Origin: Candidatus Omnitrophota bacterium
GTDB taxonomy: Bacteria > Omnitrophota > Gorgyraeia > Gygaellales > Profunditerraquicolaceae
Direction: 5' to 3'
NCBI GenBank assembly: GCA_030018895.1
Contig: JASEHM010000001.1
Location: 2,199-66,198 of the forward strand
Length of the DNA stretch: 64,000 nt
In this document: positions 15,001 through 30,000 of the stretch, in pieces
Layout: the number at the start of each line of letters is the position of its first letter
Numbering within the stretch: position 1 is the stretch's first letter
The notes under the pieces: generated by a model
The model's input: only the letters and a program-made list of their open reading frames with translations
Database searches by the model: none
Told to the model about the DNA's origin: nothing
Made by a program: the position numbers and the translations under genes

Positions 15001-18000
15001 AGCTTAGATTTGGCTCTGAATCAGCAGAAAGAGCGGATATTCTTTGTGATACAAGGCAGAGGAGATGAATTAAAGGAGATTTATAAGAAATTAAGTGTCA
15101 GGACTCTTCGCAATGACGCGTTAACATCAAGAAGTAAAATTTTAAAAGCGGCCTTAGAGGCAATAATAAGATTTGAGGTAACAGTTCAGCCCCCGGAAGT
15201 AACCGTGTCATTGCGAGGAGCGGCAGCGACGAAGCAATCTCTGGTTAAAAGAAATAATAATGTAAAAGTGCCGGTAGCATCGCTTCCTTCTTCTCCGGCG
15301 CTACCAGCTGGGGAGAACACAACTACACAGGCAGGGACATTTATGGCAACAGGTGGCTCAGTTCTTACTGGAAACGCGCTTAATGGCACTACGTCAATAT
15401 ATCCTGCTATTCCGTACTCAATAAGCGTTTATCATTTAGGCAATAGAACAACACAGATTCCCATTAATATAGGTTCAGTAACTATACTTGGCCCGCCTTA
15501 TGGTCCTTCGACTGAAATTTACTCAATTTTCAGCCAAGGTTTTAGCATAAATGGGCAATCGAATCAACTATTTGGCGCACTTGTAACAGTTTGTTCAAGT
15601 AGCATGGCTTTAGATAATACTAAAACCGTAGGTTCTGGAGTTGCAAGCAGGGAAAGCAACAATACAGAAGATGCCCAAAGTGTAATCGCAGGTTCTGTAA
15701 ACGGAACTGGTGATGCTAGTAGTGCGATTATTAGAAAGGTACCAGGATTAAGATTACCTGAACCTTTAAGCAGGTTACCAAAGTGGCTTAATATTACGAT
15801 AGCGCCTCTTGGATATTCCTCATGTACTACGGGTTCGCCTAAAAAAGGCGCATCAGGTGTGCTTGGCAAGTTTTTGTTGTCTGAAGTTTTTTCTTTGGGT
15901 AAAAAGGACGAAGTTAGTGGTGCCGGAAGTGCGATTGCTGCTAAAAAGCAACTAAAGGCTTGGAGTCTACCTAATAGAGCAGATAAAACTTCGGGTCATT
16001 CTTTAAATGTAACCAATTCTTTTTCAAATAGAATTCCTGCAACATGCGGTTCGAATAGTTTCCAAGTTAACGATTTGGGAAATACAGGACGTTTTCTGGG
16101 TATAAACAACATAGAACTGAATTCAGCCGCTAACCATAAGGCACATGGATCAGCTCCTCCTTGGAATGTATTTAATTCTCTGCCCAATAAAATTTCCGCA
16201 TTATTATTTGCAAAATTCAACAATCGCCCCTTTAATCGCATCCTTAATATAAGCACCGGCATTCCATTAGAAGCGCTAGATTCAATTCTTTTCAATAAAA
16301 ATCTATTCGTAGAAAATAGCGGCACACAGGGTCATAATTACTTTAAAAATTCCGCAAGAAAATCTAACGTAACAGATCAACTTTTGAATGTATCTCGTCA
16401 TTGCGAGGGCAAAGCCCGAAGCAATCTCAAAATAGAGATTGCTTCGCCTTCGGCTCGCAATGACATCAATTATGTTAGTGATACTGTCATTGCCAGGAGC
16501 GACAGCGACGAAGTAATCCTTCTGTATGTCATTCCGAGCGAGGCCGTAAGGCCGAGTCGAGGAATCTATGTTCTTTTTAGATCCCTCGACTCGCTTTGCT
16601 CGCTCGGGATGACAAGACAACTGTCGCTCGCTCGGGATGACAAAGCGCTTCCGAAGGCTGAACTGTTACCTATCGCGGGATTTGCCGCAGGCACTTTTTC
16701 AGGCACTTTCACTGTTTCTGCTGATAATGATTTGAACATTCTGGCGGTAAAGGTAAATGATACTGCTTTGGTTAAGGTGAGCGGCAGCACAATAACCGCC
16801 CAGAAAAGTGTTTTCAAAATAGGGAATGACATTGTCATTGGTCATGTTCTCTCAGCGCAAAACCAGGAAAAAGAAAGTGGTTCCCCGATGGCAAAAGGTA
16901 TACCTGTTGAACCGCTGAACTTGGTTCAAAGAGAGTTAGAACTGCAGGCAGTCCAGATTATAAATTATTTAGCTAAAGTGAAGAAGGTAAATTTTGCCCA
17001 GGCAAAATACAAAATAATAATAGAAGCTTTAATGTCTATATTTGAGATTATTGGCGCAATAGAAAAAATTACTTGTCAAGGCCCTCCTTGGTCTGTCCTT
17101 ATTTTCGTTATTTTAAAAGGTCAGTATAATCAAGGAGGAAAAAATGTTGAAACTAATAGAATTTTAAAATCAGATGAGAACCTTAGAAACTCAATATGCA
17201 ATTCAATATTTGAACCAAATGCGCCAAAATTGTCATCTCTGGGAACAAAAGGAAAGACAGCTCAAAGCTCTCTTAAGCAGATCTCAAACAATGTCAAGGA
17301 AATTAAATATAACTATGGCATAATAGAGTTAAATTTCTTACTCGCTTTCGCCACTGTTTTATTAATCAAGCCGCAAATGCTATTTACCAAAACAGGTATT
17401 TTAGTGTTTGCGGTTTTTGTTGTTTCTAGCAGCCTCCCAGCGACCCCCCTCCTGGGACTGACCTTCGCTACGGAGCTGCTAGAGCAACAAATAATATTTG
17501 GAGGTGCGCTATGTGTCCTATTAAGTTTAATGAATTACAATTTAACCACATTGTTGAATCTGCAACAGGACCCACAGTCTTTGCAGCGGCTCGTGAAAAT
17601 GGCAGCAGACATTTCAGGCTCTTCCTTATTAATGAAGAAACTGGCAGTGTTAGAGTTCGTAATGGCAGTGCTAATACCTGGGAAGAGCTTTGGGGCAGTG
17701 CTCACGACAGTATCATCAACTGTCTTATTGCAAGCCGTAATAGCTGCATCCTCACTTATAGGACTAGAACAGGTTTCTAAGCGGTTTTTTTCTCCGTGGG
17801 TAATTATAGGGATGTCTGGTATTGCTGGTGTTGGCATAGGTTTTGTTTCAGCAAATCCGGTTCTTTTAAATTTCGTAATTGGAATAGTGGCTGGTTGGTT
17901 ACTTATACGAGAAATAAATAAAAATGTATCCCAAAGACATTTACAATCTTATAGAAAAGCTTCAACACCATGGCCTTTCCTAAAAATTGCTGTTCCTCTT

Positions 18001-21000
18001 TTAATGATTTTTTATGCCTGTTCTGACCTTCTTGACGATAAATTTTTGAAAAATAGAGAATTTATAAGAGGTCCAACCGTAGAATTGGTTCTTGATGTTA
18101 ATAAGGATGGAAGAGGAGATATTCGTATATCTTATCCGGAAAAAGATAAAATCTTTTCTAATGATTGGAAAGTACTGAGTGAGGTTCTTAGCGGCATACC
18201 TCCAGAAGATTTACAAAAAATAAAAGTAGTGGAACTTCGTTGGGAGCATGGTTCTTATAATTATCGTCCTGATTATAGCAAGAAAGAAGGAAAAACTCTT
18301 TATCTTACCATACAGAGTCTCAGACATTATGAGTGGGATAATGGTTTGAATATTTCTATTGACGGCAGCCCTAAGGTGGATGCTTTACGAAAACAGATTG
18401 AGGAGTGCCTTAAAACTTCCAGCTCCGTTACCTCAGATAAACGTATCTTGAGCCTGTTTGATCTTGCAAACAACAGACGAAGAGCGCAAGTAATAATCGG
18501 TATCTTAGGTATTACTTTACTTTCTTTCTTAAAAATAGCTCCTTCTGTTGCCGCAGTGCCTGAGGCAGAACAAGTTTTAAGAAACCCACCTGTAGAGATA
18601 TTTTCTCATCATACCTCCACTGTTACGCCTGTTTTTCCATTAGAATCAGCTCAAGAAAAATTTTCTGATGATGAAATACATCAATTCTCTACATTTGAAA
18701 AATTTGAAAAAATAGATGAGTTTGAAAATGTTTTGACCAATTATAGAAGGAAGAATGAAGGGTTTAACAAATTATATAAGGAAATAATTGAAGAAAAAGG
18801 CGTTGAAATTGTCTTCTTAAATAAAGATTTTGGTTTTCCTGCTGAATATAGGGTGTGGGAAAGAGAAAATGGAACAATTTTGTTTGATTTGCCCCAGTTT
18901 AAAAGTGGAGAGGAAATGGTTGTTGCCCTGGCACAAGAGTTATTCCATGCAGAGCAATTTATAGGAATAGCCCAGAAGACAAAATGGATTTCTTTCGTGC
19001 CCTTACGTTTATATTTAAGGGGTTTATTCTTTAGTGTGGAAAATGCATTTTTTGGAAGGGTATTTTTTGAAAAACCCGCCTTTGATTACGCTGAGAAAAT
19101 TAGAAAAGATTTTGGCTTACCCCAGAAAGATAAGTGGGAGGATCTGGAAAGATTTTATCAATTTCAACGACCAATGGATATTGTAAAGCCTTTCGTTGCA
19201 TTATTCCTATTGGTGGCATTAATGGGGCTTGGATATTGTTTTGTATATTACTTTGTAAAGAAAAATAACTTTTCATTAAATACCTTTAAAAAAGTAATAG
19301 TTCAGCTCTTGGAAGCGTCTCGTCGTCATTGCGAGCGACCGAAGGGAGCGAAGCAATCTCAAAAACGTGATTGCTTCGTCGCTGTCGCTCCTCGCAATGA
19401 CAAAATGCTTCCAAGCGCTGAACTGTTACTTAAAAAAGGAAATACCTCCAGCTCCATTACCACAAACTTTATAGAGGAGATAGTAAGGTTTAATGAAGAT
19501 TTGGAGAAAGCTGAAAATATTCCGTATTTAGTAAAGAAAGATTCTTGTTCTGTTGGTTCTCCGATTATGGGTAAGGCGGGCTCTTATTTAAAACACGTCA
19601 TATTTCAACAAAAAGGATATTTAGTAATTCTTGCTTTTGTTGTTGCTTTTGCCGCAGCATATTTGATGTCTATCCCTGCTGGAAGTATAGCTGCTTTATA
19701 TGAGGCGGGGGCTGCTAAACTGATTTTTTTACAAAAATTACAGTTGTTCGGTTTGTTTATGGCTTGTATTACTTTGGCAGTAATTATGCTTCAGTATTCC
19801 TTTACAGCTGTGATAGGAGTTATGAAAATCAAGAAAGGTAAAAATGCAGTATGGAGATATAGCTATAGAGAAATCTTCGGTAAAAAAGATTACCAGGCCT
19901 GGAAATCGCGTCTCAACTATGGAGCGCGTCGTTTGACGTTTGAGTATTTAAAGAATAATTATAAGCCTGTTGAGCATGGCCCGGTTCGGGATATTATAAA
20001 TACATTTAAGAGCTGGAAAGTTTCAGTGATAGTGTTTCTAATAGTTTCACTTGTATTAATTACCGCTCCGGAAGCCGTACTAGGATTAGCGGTTTTTGTA
20101 AATGCTCTGATTGTTACCTTACTTTTTCGGATATTACTAAATGCTACGATTTGGTTCTTCTATGATTCCTTCCCGCGCCGTACTGCATTAGTTGACCTGG
20201 CATATGCGTATTATAAAAAAGATCTATCAGGTGTTGCCAATAAGTTTATAGTAATAGATGAGAATAATCCTGATGGCCGAGCAATAATCTTGACAGACAT
20301 TGAAAAAGAAGCAGATAAATTCAAAGCTGAACTTAGAATCGGGAGCAAAGGTTACCGTAGGCAGCTTTTTGTTACCCGGTTAATAGAAATGGCTCCGCTT
20401 GAATCAGCAGGGCTCAAGTTTGTGAAAAGCAGGATGACAATTATCCTGCTTAGCGCGATCATTGTCCCTGCGCTTATGCTGAAGTTTATGCCGGGAATGA
20501 GCAGCGAATCATTCCTTTCGGAAGGATGGCTGCAAAACTTCTTTATAAAGTATCACTTTCCTCATACCTGGAGCGAGCTTATGCATACGGCGTTCCTTGT
20601 ATACGGGTTCAGGTACTTTGATTTAAAAAGAATAGCTATGATGATCTGGTCAGCAATGCTGAATAAAGTCTTTCCGGGTATGCCTATTGATATAAGCGCG
20701 GCTTATGATTTATATAAAAGGAAAAATAATGATAAAAACGTGAAGAAGTATCTTAAGCTTGCGCTTGAAAGAGGACTTTTAAACTCCTGGGGCAGAAAGA
20801 ATTTGAAAACGATATTGCGCAGTGAAATGGAAATGAACAAAGTTGTATTTGAAAAAGTAGGTAAGTTTGAGCTTGGATGGTGGGTAATCTCTCGCCTAGT
20901 GGCAATTATCATTACAGCGTTTGTATTTATACCCTTGATCCCTGTTTTTGTCGTTTTTTATCCTTACGTTGCAGGAAAGAGAAAACAGGGAGTAAGAGTT

Positions 21001-24000
21001 AACCCGTTGATTAAACTTGCGGCTCAAGAAGGAAAGCAATTCTGGGCAAGCCTTGTTTATATGTCAACGATAAGCGCGGAAATAAGCGCAGTTATAAGCG
21101 GAACAGATTGGTTGGCTACGCATGCGCATCCGATTTTAAAGCCGTTTGGTTTTATAGCCCAGAAATTTGCCTATGCTTTGGAAAGTGAGTATGGCATTAT
21201 ATCTCTCGGCCAATATGCAAACTTAACCTTTACCGGTATGACGAATATTGACCTTACTAATGTGGCATATCACTGCATGGGAGGAAAAGGAGATTTTCAG
21301 GCAAATTATGAAATTAATGCGGCTTTTGGCTTAATCCAAGAAACAAAGATAAAGGAAGAAGCAAGAAGAATTGTAAAAGAAATATCGGAATTAGAGGCTG
21401 AAAAAGAGCTAAAGTTTAGCCAGCAATATAGGCTTGAGGAATTAAGGCATAAGCTAAAAGATATATTTGCTTTGGCTAAGGCTAAACAATTAGAGGAGGA
21501 GGTAAAGAGGCTCAATGACTCAGCTAAACCCAGACAAGGGAAGACGTTTGCTGATGTGGAGGAAAGGTTTAATGAGTTAAAAGGGCAGGGATTTCCTGGG
21601 TTTGATCCTGTTAATGGGGATGAGCCCTGGGTTAAAGAGGTTAAGGGATATTTAGGGCAATGTAATTCTCAGCAACTCCAAATTTTAGAATCTTTAATCA
21701 AATCAGGCAAATTAAGAGCTGGGCCTGATGAAAAGTCAGTTTTTTACGGTGCTAATAATGGCGAAATTATTCTTATTGACATCAATAACAATCCTGATTT
21801 AGCCGCAACTTTAATATACGAACTTAATGCCTTCCAAGGTGGCACTCCTGAAGAAAATCAAAAGGTAGAAAGAGAATTTGAGATTGCTTCGCTCACCAAG
21901 GACGCTCGCAATGACGAAAAGAAAGCGGACGTTCGCAATGACGAGGGGGCGCAAAATGCGGACGCTTGCAATGACGTGGGGGCACAAAATGCGGTCGCTT
22001 GCGATGACGAAAAAAAAGTTGACACTTGCAATGACGAAAAGGCGCAAAATGCGGTCGCTCGCAATGACGAGGCGTCTCTATCAGGCATTAATTGGCAGAT
22101 GCCTATACAAGGATTTGACCCTAAAAATATACTGTCTGAAGATGAATTTAACGCTCCTCGCTCTGGGGGTAATGGCCATGAAGGCCTTGATTTCCGTGCT
22201 TCTGAGGGCACACCTATTCACGTAGCTGAACAGGGGATAGTTTTTTATGCAGGAGAAGGGAATGGTTATGGAAAGGTAGTTATTATTAATCACAATAATG
22301 GCTATTTTACTTTATATGCCCATAATCAAGAAAATCTGGTTAAAATAGGTGATAAGGTAGAAAAAGGCCAGAAAATTGGCCTGGTAGGTAAGAGTGGTAA
22401 TGCTGAGCAAATTGGAGAAATGTTGCATTTTGAGATACGGCAGGTGGCTAAAGAAGGAATTATTAAGGAATATTCAGATTTGGTTGCTTCGGAGAATGAA
22501 GAAAATGGTACAGTTAAAATTTTAGATCCTGCAAAAGAATTAGAAGCCCTATCAGAGAAGCCGCAATTAATGGTGGATATGATGATGTTTTCGGGGAATA
22601 GTTATCAGCATTCTTTTTTAAATATACCAGTAGATGAATATCTTGTTAATAGTTATCTTTTGGGTGTTGAAGAAGAATATTCAGACTTAGTTGCAAAAGA
22701 GAATGAAGATAATAACACAGTTAAAATCCTGAATCCTGCAGAGAAACTTAGCGGACAAGATCCAGATAATGCCTATTTTGGCTGGTCCCATGAAGAAGTA
22801 AATAGAGAGATGAGTAAATATGCAAGGGAAAATGCGATAAGAGAGCCTAATTTTGAAGAGAAGAGGTTGATTGAGTCGGCTTTAGGCAAGGCTTTAAGAT
22901 ATTTTAGCAAGACTAATTTGGGCAGGAACCCGCCAGGGGTTAAGATTATTGAGACAGAAAAATTAACCTTTGGCGCAACTTATGGTGAATACAATCAAAC
23001 CACTTCTCAAAATAGCCTCCTCTATATAGAAAAGCCGCTTATTAACAGTCCTAAATATAATCTTGCCTGCGTATTTATCCATGAACTTAATGGAAAATCT
23101 CATTTCTTAAACTGCTTAGCAGAGTATGATTTTAAATTAAGACAGATTGGAGCAGAATTTAGCTTACAGGTAAGTTTATCTCTTGATTCTCTGGCTAAGA
23201 ATTACCAGGAAACAAAAGCCAACTTTAGCAGAAATACCAAAAACACCATTATTGCCACTGCTCTCTTAGCCAGTCAAATTATCTCTCAGTTTTCAGCTTT
23301 TGCTATTCCTGCTGTAGAAGCCGCCCCTTCCGCAGTACACAGGGTGGTCACCCCAGAAACTTATACTGTTCGGAAAGGCGATACATTATGGAGACTTTTT
23401 AAGGAAAAATGGAATGATATTTATCAGTTGAATCCTCAGATTCAGGGCCGCAAAGGCGAGAAAATAGACCCTGCATATCCTGATACTAAGCAAATAGTAA
23501 TTATCTATCCAGGGGAGAACATTAAGATACGCGGGGAACAGGAACAGGTTAAAGCATCTATAGATAAGACTAAGATAGACAGGGAAGAGGTTAAAGTATC
23601 TACAAAAGATAAGACTGAGACAGACAAGAAACAAGTTTCAGAAGTAAATCAGGGTGTCATTCCCACCCCTGTTTTCACGGGGGTAAACTCCAGCGGGAAT
23701 TCAAGAGGGGATGACAGAATGGATGCCCGTTTTCACGGGCATGACAAAAACAAGAGGCGAGAACTTCAGAAAGCTGAACTGTTACAGATAAAAGGAATTA
23801 GACAGGAAGGAATCAGCCCAACCTGTGCGCTTGAACAGGTTTTTGGCCAGGGTTATCAGAATTGTCAGCAAGAATTGGAAAAGAGATTTAATACCTTGGT
23901 TAAAGAATCAGGGGTTGAAGAAAAAGGGATAAAATACCATGAAGAAGGCCTGACTTTGGAGGATTTGAAGGAGAAATATTTAGAAGGTAAGCGCTGGAAA

Positions 24001-27000
24001 GAGGCAATCAAAAAATTATATGATAATAAAGAGGGGTTATTCGCAGTTTTGGTTTCTATGCAAAAAGGGGAGAGATGGCAGATAATGAAGAGTTTTGGAA
24101 CACATATTGATTTCCGTGAATTCGTGGATAATCCTAATCTTAAGGTTTCTGTATATGAATATCCGGCTTTAGGTGAGAGAGGCAATGAATTTGAAAGAGG
24201 GAGAAAATTAAATGCAGCAGAGGTTCGTGAGATTGAAAAAGACGGCATTCCTAAGATGGTTTTTGTCAAAGGCCAGGATGAGCAAGGCAAAGAATTTGAA
24301 TATCTTTTAATGACAGGTATTAATGCGGCTTTAGCAGTAAAGGAAATAAAGGAATCCTATGTTTTTAGCCGGAACTTGTTATTAAAGGCAACTAAGATAT
24401 TAAGTATGAATAATCCTGCAGAACAATTTGAGGCAATTAAAAAGAGCGGGTTATCGATTCTTAATATGCCCTCTAAGGTTTCTTCTCGCGCGTTTATGGC
24501 CGTAGAGGCAGAAAAGGATCAATACGGTAATTATAAAGGCATCAGGCGTTTTTATACTGAGGATGAAATGCATGCAAAGAGTAATCCGCAAGAAGGCGAA
24601 AGCATGGTTCTTTATGAGGGAAGAAATAAGGCGGGTGTTGCCAGGGCTTATGTTTATGAAGGGAGTAGCGGAAAATTAAGGCATAAACTTGTGGCTGGCC
24701 AGGCTGATGTAACTGTGTTAGTTGTAGACGGTACATTCAAGGATAAGCCGCAATTAGGCAATCAGATATTATTTGGCCGTAATCAAGCTGAATATAATGT
24801 GGCTTTAGCAGGTATGGGGCTTATTTTAAGCCAGTATCAGGAGAAAAATATCAGCTTGGCGCAGGAAAAAATCAAAAAGGATAAAACACTAGAGGGTGTT
24901 TTGGCAATAACTAATATCGTAGGCGGCGCATATGGCTGGGCACCTGCAAACATAGTAACTGGCGCAGGCAGGTTCCTGTATAATCTTTTTGTCAGCCGTG
25001 AATATCAGCCTCAGGCGCCAACAGTCTTAGAGCTTCAGGAATTAGTGGGAAATTATCTTAAGGAAAATTATCCTCAGGAAGATATCCAGGGTTTCTTAGG
25101 TAAGGTTAATGAGAAGGAAATTGAAGGGCTCCTGAGGTATGCTCAAGGCCAGGAGAATTTTGCTAAATACCAGTTATTTTTCAGCCTCCTGGCAGATGCA
25201 GCAAAGGCCGCAGAACTTAGCCGTTCAGGAATCCTTAAAGATATCTTTGCTAATCCGTATTTCTCTTTACCTGGGGCAAGTGTAGATGTCAAGAATGTTA
25301 TTGCTTCTGTTGTAGGCGAGAAATCAGTTATCCTGGGCAAAGGATCAAGTCTAAAAGACCTTTCAAGAGGCATAGGCGAGAATTCAAGCTGGATGCAATT
25401 CTTTGGCATAGAAGTAGATGCTGCTGCCTTTATAAATACCTTAAGCGATTTGGCAGGCAGGGATGTCAGCCAGAGGCCGCTTCCTTATCGGCCCAGCCTG
25501 TCTTCTTTGGCTGCTTATGAAATCAGGGCTTTTGGTTTTCCGTTTTTAATATTTGCCAAAGAGAAGATGCTGGAAAAATATGGCCAGGCATTTGAACAGG
25601 CATACGCGTTTAAGGTTAATGCGGGTTTTCCGGATAAATATGAGAGCTATACTATGGATCAACTTGATGGCTTAGTTGAGCAAAGAATAGTAGCGCCTGT
25701 GGGTTATATCAAGGTTCCTGGACCAGACGGGATAGAGCGTGCTTTGCTGCCGGTTTTTGCGCATAAAGACGGCGGCATTATTGTATATGGAGAAGAGGCT
25801 TATAAGGAACAATCTGAAAAGATGAAACGGGCTTTAGAGAGATTTGATCGTTATGCAAAAGGCCTGGACCAGGGTATGGTAATTACTAAAATTGAAAAAT
25901 CCATTCAGCCGATGTCCTTAGAAAAACGCGAACCGCAGATTAGTTTAGATGTCAAAGATAAGGAGCAGGCAATAAACTTACTAAAGTTGTTTTTAGAATT
26001 AAGGGATTTAGAGAGTGAAAAGAATATAACTTCCGAGGATAAGCAGAGGTTGAATGAAATAAAGGTAAAATTAGGCAATAAAAAACTTATTGATTATGAT
26101 ACGGAATTTTTTAGCAATTTCCGTTATCAGGATGAAGAAGGAAATGAAATAAGGGTAAGCATTATCTATTCCCTTCAAGAGTCAATCAGGGATCAGGAAA
26201 GGGCGAAAGAGAATCTAGAAGTGATAAACAATATTGGCAGAATGTTTAAAGAAGATGGCGGTGTTCTGCTTAATCAGGCTATAGTAAACAGTAGGGGTGA
26301 GTTAAAAATCGGCCCGCTTTTAAGAGACAGCCAGGATAAGATATCAGGCGTAAACATCGGCAAGGAGAGTTTAGAAGGGATTTTAGCTAAGATAGCTGAA
26401 TTGCCTAATAAAGAACAGGCGCAGATTCAATTTAATAATTTTAATCGGTTTATTCTTAATTTAAAAATAGGCGGCAAAGAGGAAAAGGTTTTTGTAACAG
26501 CAGTATTTCCTTTAGATAAAGAGATACGAAGCAGGTCTATTAATCCCCACAGCGGCAAAGAAGAGGTTAATATTTATAAAGAAGGTTTAAAGAGATATAC
26601 CATAGATAGGACGCGTATTACAGCCTATTTGTATAATCAATACCGTATAGAGGCTGAAACTAAACTATTTAAGAATCCTTTAGGAGTTAATTGGCAGGAG
26701 AAGGTATTAAAAGAGAATATTCCTATTGAGCCGTTAATAGAAAATCAATTAAGCATTGGCCGGACAGTAACTACAGAGTATTGGCTTAGAGATTTAGGCC
26801 TTGCGAATATTAATCCTGATGCTCCGATAATTGCTAAATTATCCGGTAATTTTAAAATCGGAGAATTTAGCAAGGATATTTATGGCCTATATTTTTATCC
26901 AACAGAGAAAATAGACGGCCGCTATATTACTAAGACAAGGTTTAATGACTATAGCATTATTAGATCTGCTATAGCATTAGACAATAATGGCAGTATACTC

Positions 27001-30000
27001 AATCCTGTTCCTGGCAAGCTAAGATTTATCTTTACCTCAACTATCCCTATAGATGTATTAAAAACCCTCTGGAATCTAAAGCCCTATGGATATAAAACCC
27101 CGGTGCAAAGACTTGATGTGATTAAGGATTTATCTAAGAATATTATTTTTGACAATGCCAATTACGGAAGAAAGGCAGAAGAATCCTATGCAGATTATTT
27201 TGATGGCACAAGGACGTTTAAGGTAAAGGTTAAATATGGATATCATGAGGATTTTGCATCTGGGCTTATACCCTGTATTAGCCGTATGCATAGTGTTGAT
27301 ACCGGCGAATTCTTAGCTGAGGTTTTAACTATCGGCTATAATCCTCTGACTCGCTACCTTATAGGCAGAGAAAGAGATTATAAAGGCAAAGTTACTATAA
27401 AAGAATTTGATTACCGCTGGGAGGCGCCAGTTAAGGCTAAGAGCGAGGATGGAAAGTGGGCTACTAAGTTTGCCCATAACAGAGAAGAGACTTACACTGA
27501 GGCGATCACTTATTATAATGGGATTGCAGTGATTCCTTCTGTTTTAAATTATAAAGACGGCCGCTGGGAAAAGGATGATCAGCTCTTTCATTGGGGAAAA
27601 GATGGAATTAAGGTTCCATTAATTAAAAAGAGCCTGCTAAGCTCTTATGGAAAATTGATTTGGGAGGAGAGTTGTTTTAAAGACGGTATATTCCGCAGAT
27701 ATAATCCGGGATATGATGCAAGCGGAAAAGAATTTGCCGGCAAAGGCTTTAAATTTGATACGCAAAAAAAAGATTGGGTGAATGAGCTTGATTATTTTAA
27801 TTATCGCTATAATCATGGAGAAGTTAGCATGGAGTGCATGGAATTGCACAATAGAAATAAAACCGATACCCTTGTTTTTGATGCGCAAGGCCGGGTAAAG
27901 GGAGAAATAATAACTCTTTATATATTAGAGAGTGGAAGGCTTATCCCTAATTGGGAATTCAAAGAGGAGGATAAGGATAAAGTTATTGGGACTGCTTTTA
28001 TAGAGGTGTCTTATATCTATGATGGCTCTATCCTAAATTGTCCGCTTATTGCTGATAGAGGCAAAACAGTAGTTTATGGCAAGATAAACGGGGAAAATTT
28101 CATGATAAATTGGAGTAAATCAGAGGCCGAGGATTTTAAAGATGGCTTCCTTGCCTTGAAATTGGAAGATCTTTTGTGGGGAAAAACCTGGTTTGAAACA
28201 ATGGACCTTTTAACCCGTAACAGAATCCATAAGGCCTGGTTTAAGCTTCCGGGAGGAATTAAGGTAGAAACAAGCTATTTTTATGAAACTAAATCTGTGC
28301 CAGGCGCTAAAAGGGATCTGGCTTTTTATGATAAAGCCTCAAAATCTGAAACCGAGGTTATTTTCTCTGATGGCACAAAACAGGAATTTTACGATTTAAA
28401 TGGCTTGCCCACTACTACATTTAACTCTTCAAAGGCCATAGATTATAACCCTAAGACAGGAAATTTAACTGCGCAGCTCATTGATCATGCTGGCGGCTAT
28501 ACTGATCCTTTAGTTCATCAGGAGATAAAGAATAACCGCGACCAAGTAGAAAAAATTATAAGAGGGAGCTTAAAAAAGAATAAATTTATTCCTGAGGAAA
28601 AAGAGGTTCAAGAATATAAAGGTATTCCGGGATTAGTTAATATACCCACTCTTAATCACGCAACACCCGTAAGCCCGTACCCATTTCCTAATGATACCTT
28701 ACAAAAAGTAGAAAGTAAATCCTGGGTCATAGGTGATGACGGTAAAAAGGTTGATATCTTGAATCCAAAAGCGCTTGAGCGGATAATTGATTTTCAAGGA
28801 AGGATCAGGTATCAGAAAGAAGATACATATAAAGTCTTTGATGAAGGCAAGTGGATAGAAAATACTTTTCGCTCTCAGGTGGTTAAAAACAAATACGGTA
28901 ACCCCGAAGAAATCTCATTTTTAGATGAAAATAAAAATATCATGTCTACACTTTATCTTTTCTATGAATATAGTAAGGATAAAATAGGCCAGTTAAATAG
29001 AGCCCAGTGGAGCAGGGTGGTAGTATTTGATGGAAAACGCCAATATATCTTTGCCGCTGCTAATTGTACGCAATTAGACAGAAAATCAGGAGAGCTTTAT
29101 TTTAAGGTAAAGAAAGGGTTGGAACTAAAAAACATAATAAAAGATGGCCAAAAAAGAATAGCTCATATTTCTTCAACGGGTGATTTATTAATTTGCCGAA
29201 ATGGCCTAACCTATGAAGATTTAGCAAAGCTGCATAATAACCTGGTTAACTTCTTTACAGTAACAGCCTATGATGAGGTTCAAAACAATCGCGGACAGCC
29301 AATAATCATAAAAAGCGGCCACTCTAAGATAAACAAACAAACCGGTTTTGCTGAAGGCGATCCTTGCTGGATTGATTTCTCACTTTATCCAAAATATCCC
29401 TATATCCCATTTAGCCTGGAAAGCTACACCTATAGATGGAATAAAACCAAAGGGAATGACTCTACAAACTACGCTCAACCTACCTGGTGGGCAAGGAATG
29501 TTGCTTCTCTCCGGAGAGATATTGATAGGTGGCAGGATAGTGATTGGGTTGCAATGACTTATGATTTAAGCACTGAGAAGGATGCTGAGGGTAGCTATTA
29601 TATGAAGTATAAAGTTATAGACCACAGATACGGCCCGTCTTTAATTTATAAAGCTAATTTATTCGATGGTAGAAAATTGTTTGAAGAATACAAAGGCAAA
29701 CCTGGAGAATCAGATAATATAAGGGTATATTATTCTGAAAATGAAATTTCTAAATATACTTTGGGTATTAACAAAGATGGCACATCGGAAATCTGGCGGT
29801 ATTATAAATTGGCTGCAATGAGAAACGATGGCCATAAATACCTAATTTTTGAAGAAATTGATCCTTTACGCGATAAGCACTCTTGGTACTATTGGCTGAG
29901 CAAGCAGATTTATCCGGAGTTGAGCTGGAGAGTAATTCGCGATGGTGTCTTTTTCGCACGCATCGATAAATGGGACTACTCTACAGAAGAATATAAGGGA

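Noticed and set aside
16123-16162. Minus-strand AAGGAGG plus ATG near 16146
   Set aside because: The frame stops after 7 codons (MCLMVSG*) and is in register with the antisense of frame +1.
21880-22069. Possible CRISPR array
   Set aside because: The repeat core is about 10 bp, the spacers are short and resemble each other, the units derive from a REP end, and there are no cas genes.
21878-22225. Frame +2 ORF with LAMT repeats
   Set aside because: It is the off-frame reading of the REP-derived repeat; the M23 domain is in frame +1.
22468-22746. Short duplicated peptide EYSDLVAxENExNxTVKILxPA
   Set aside because: A real but small, diverged local duplication of the M23 tail with no evident separate function.
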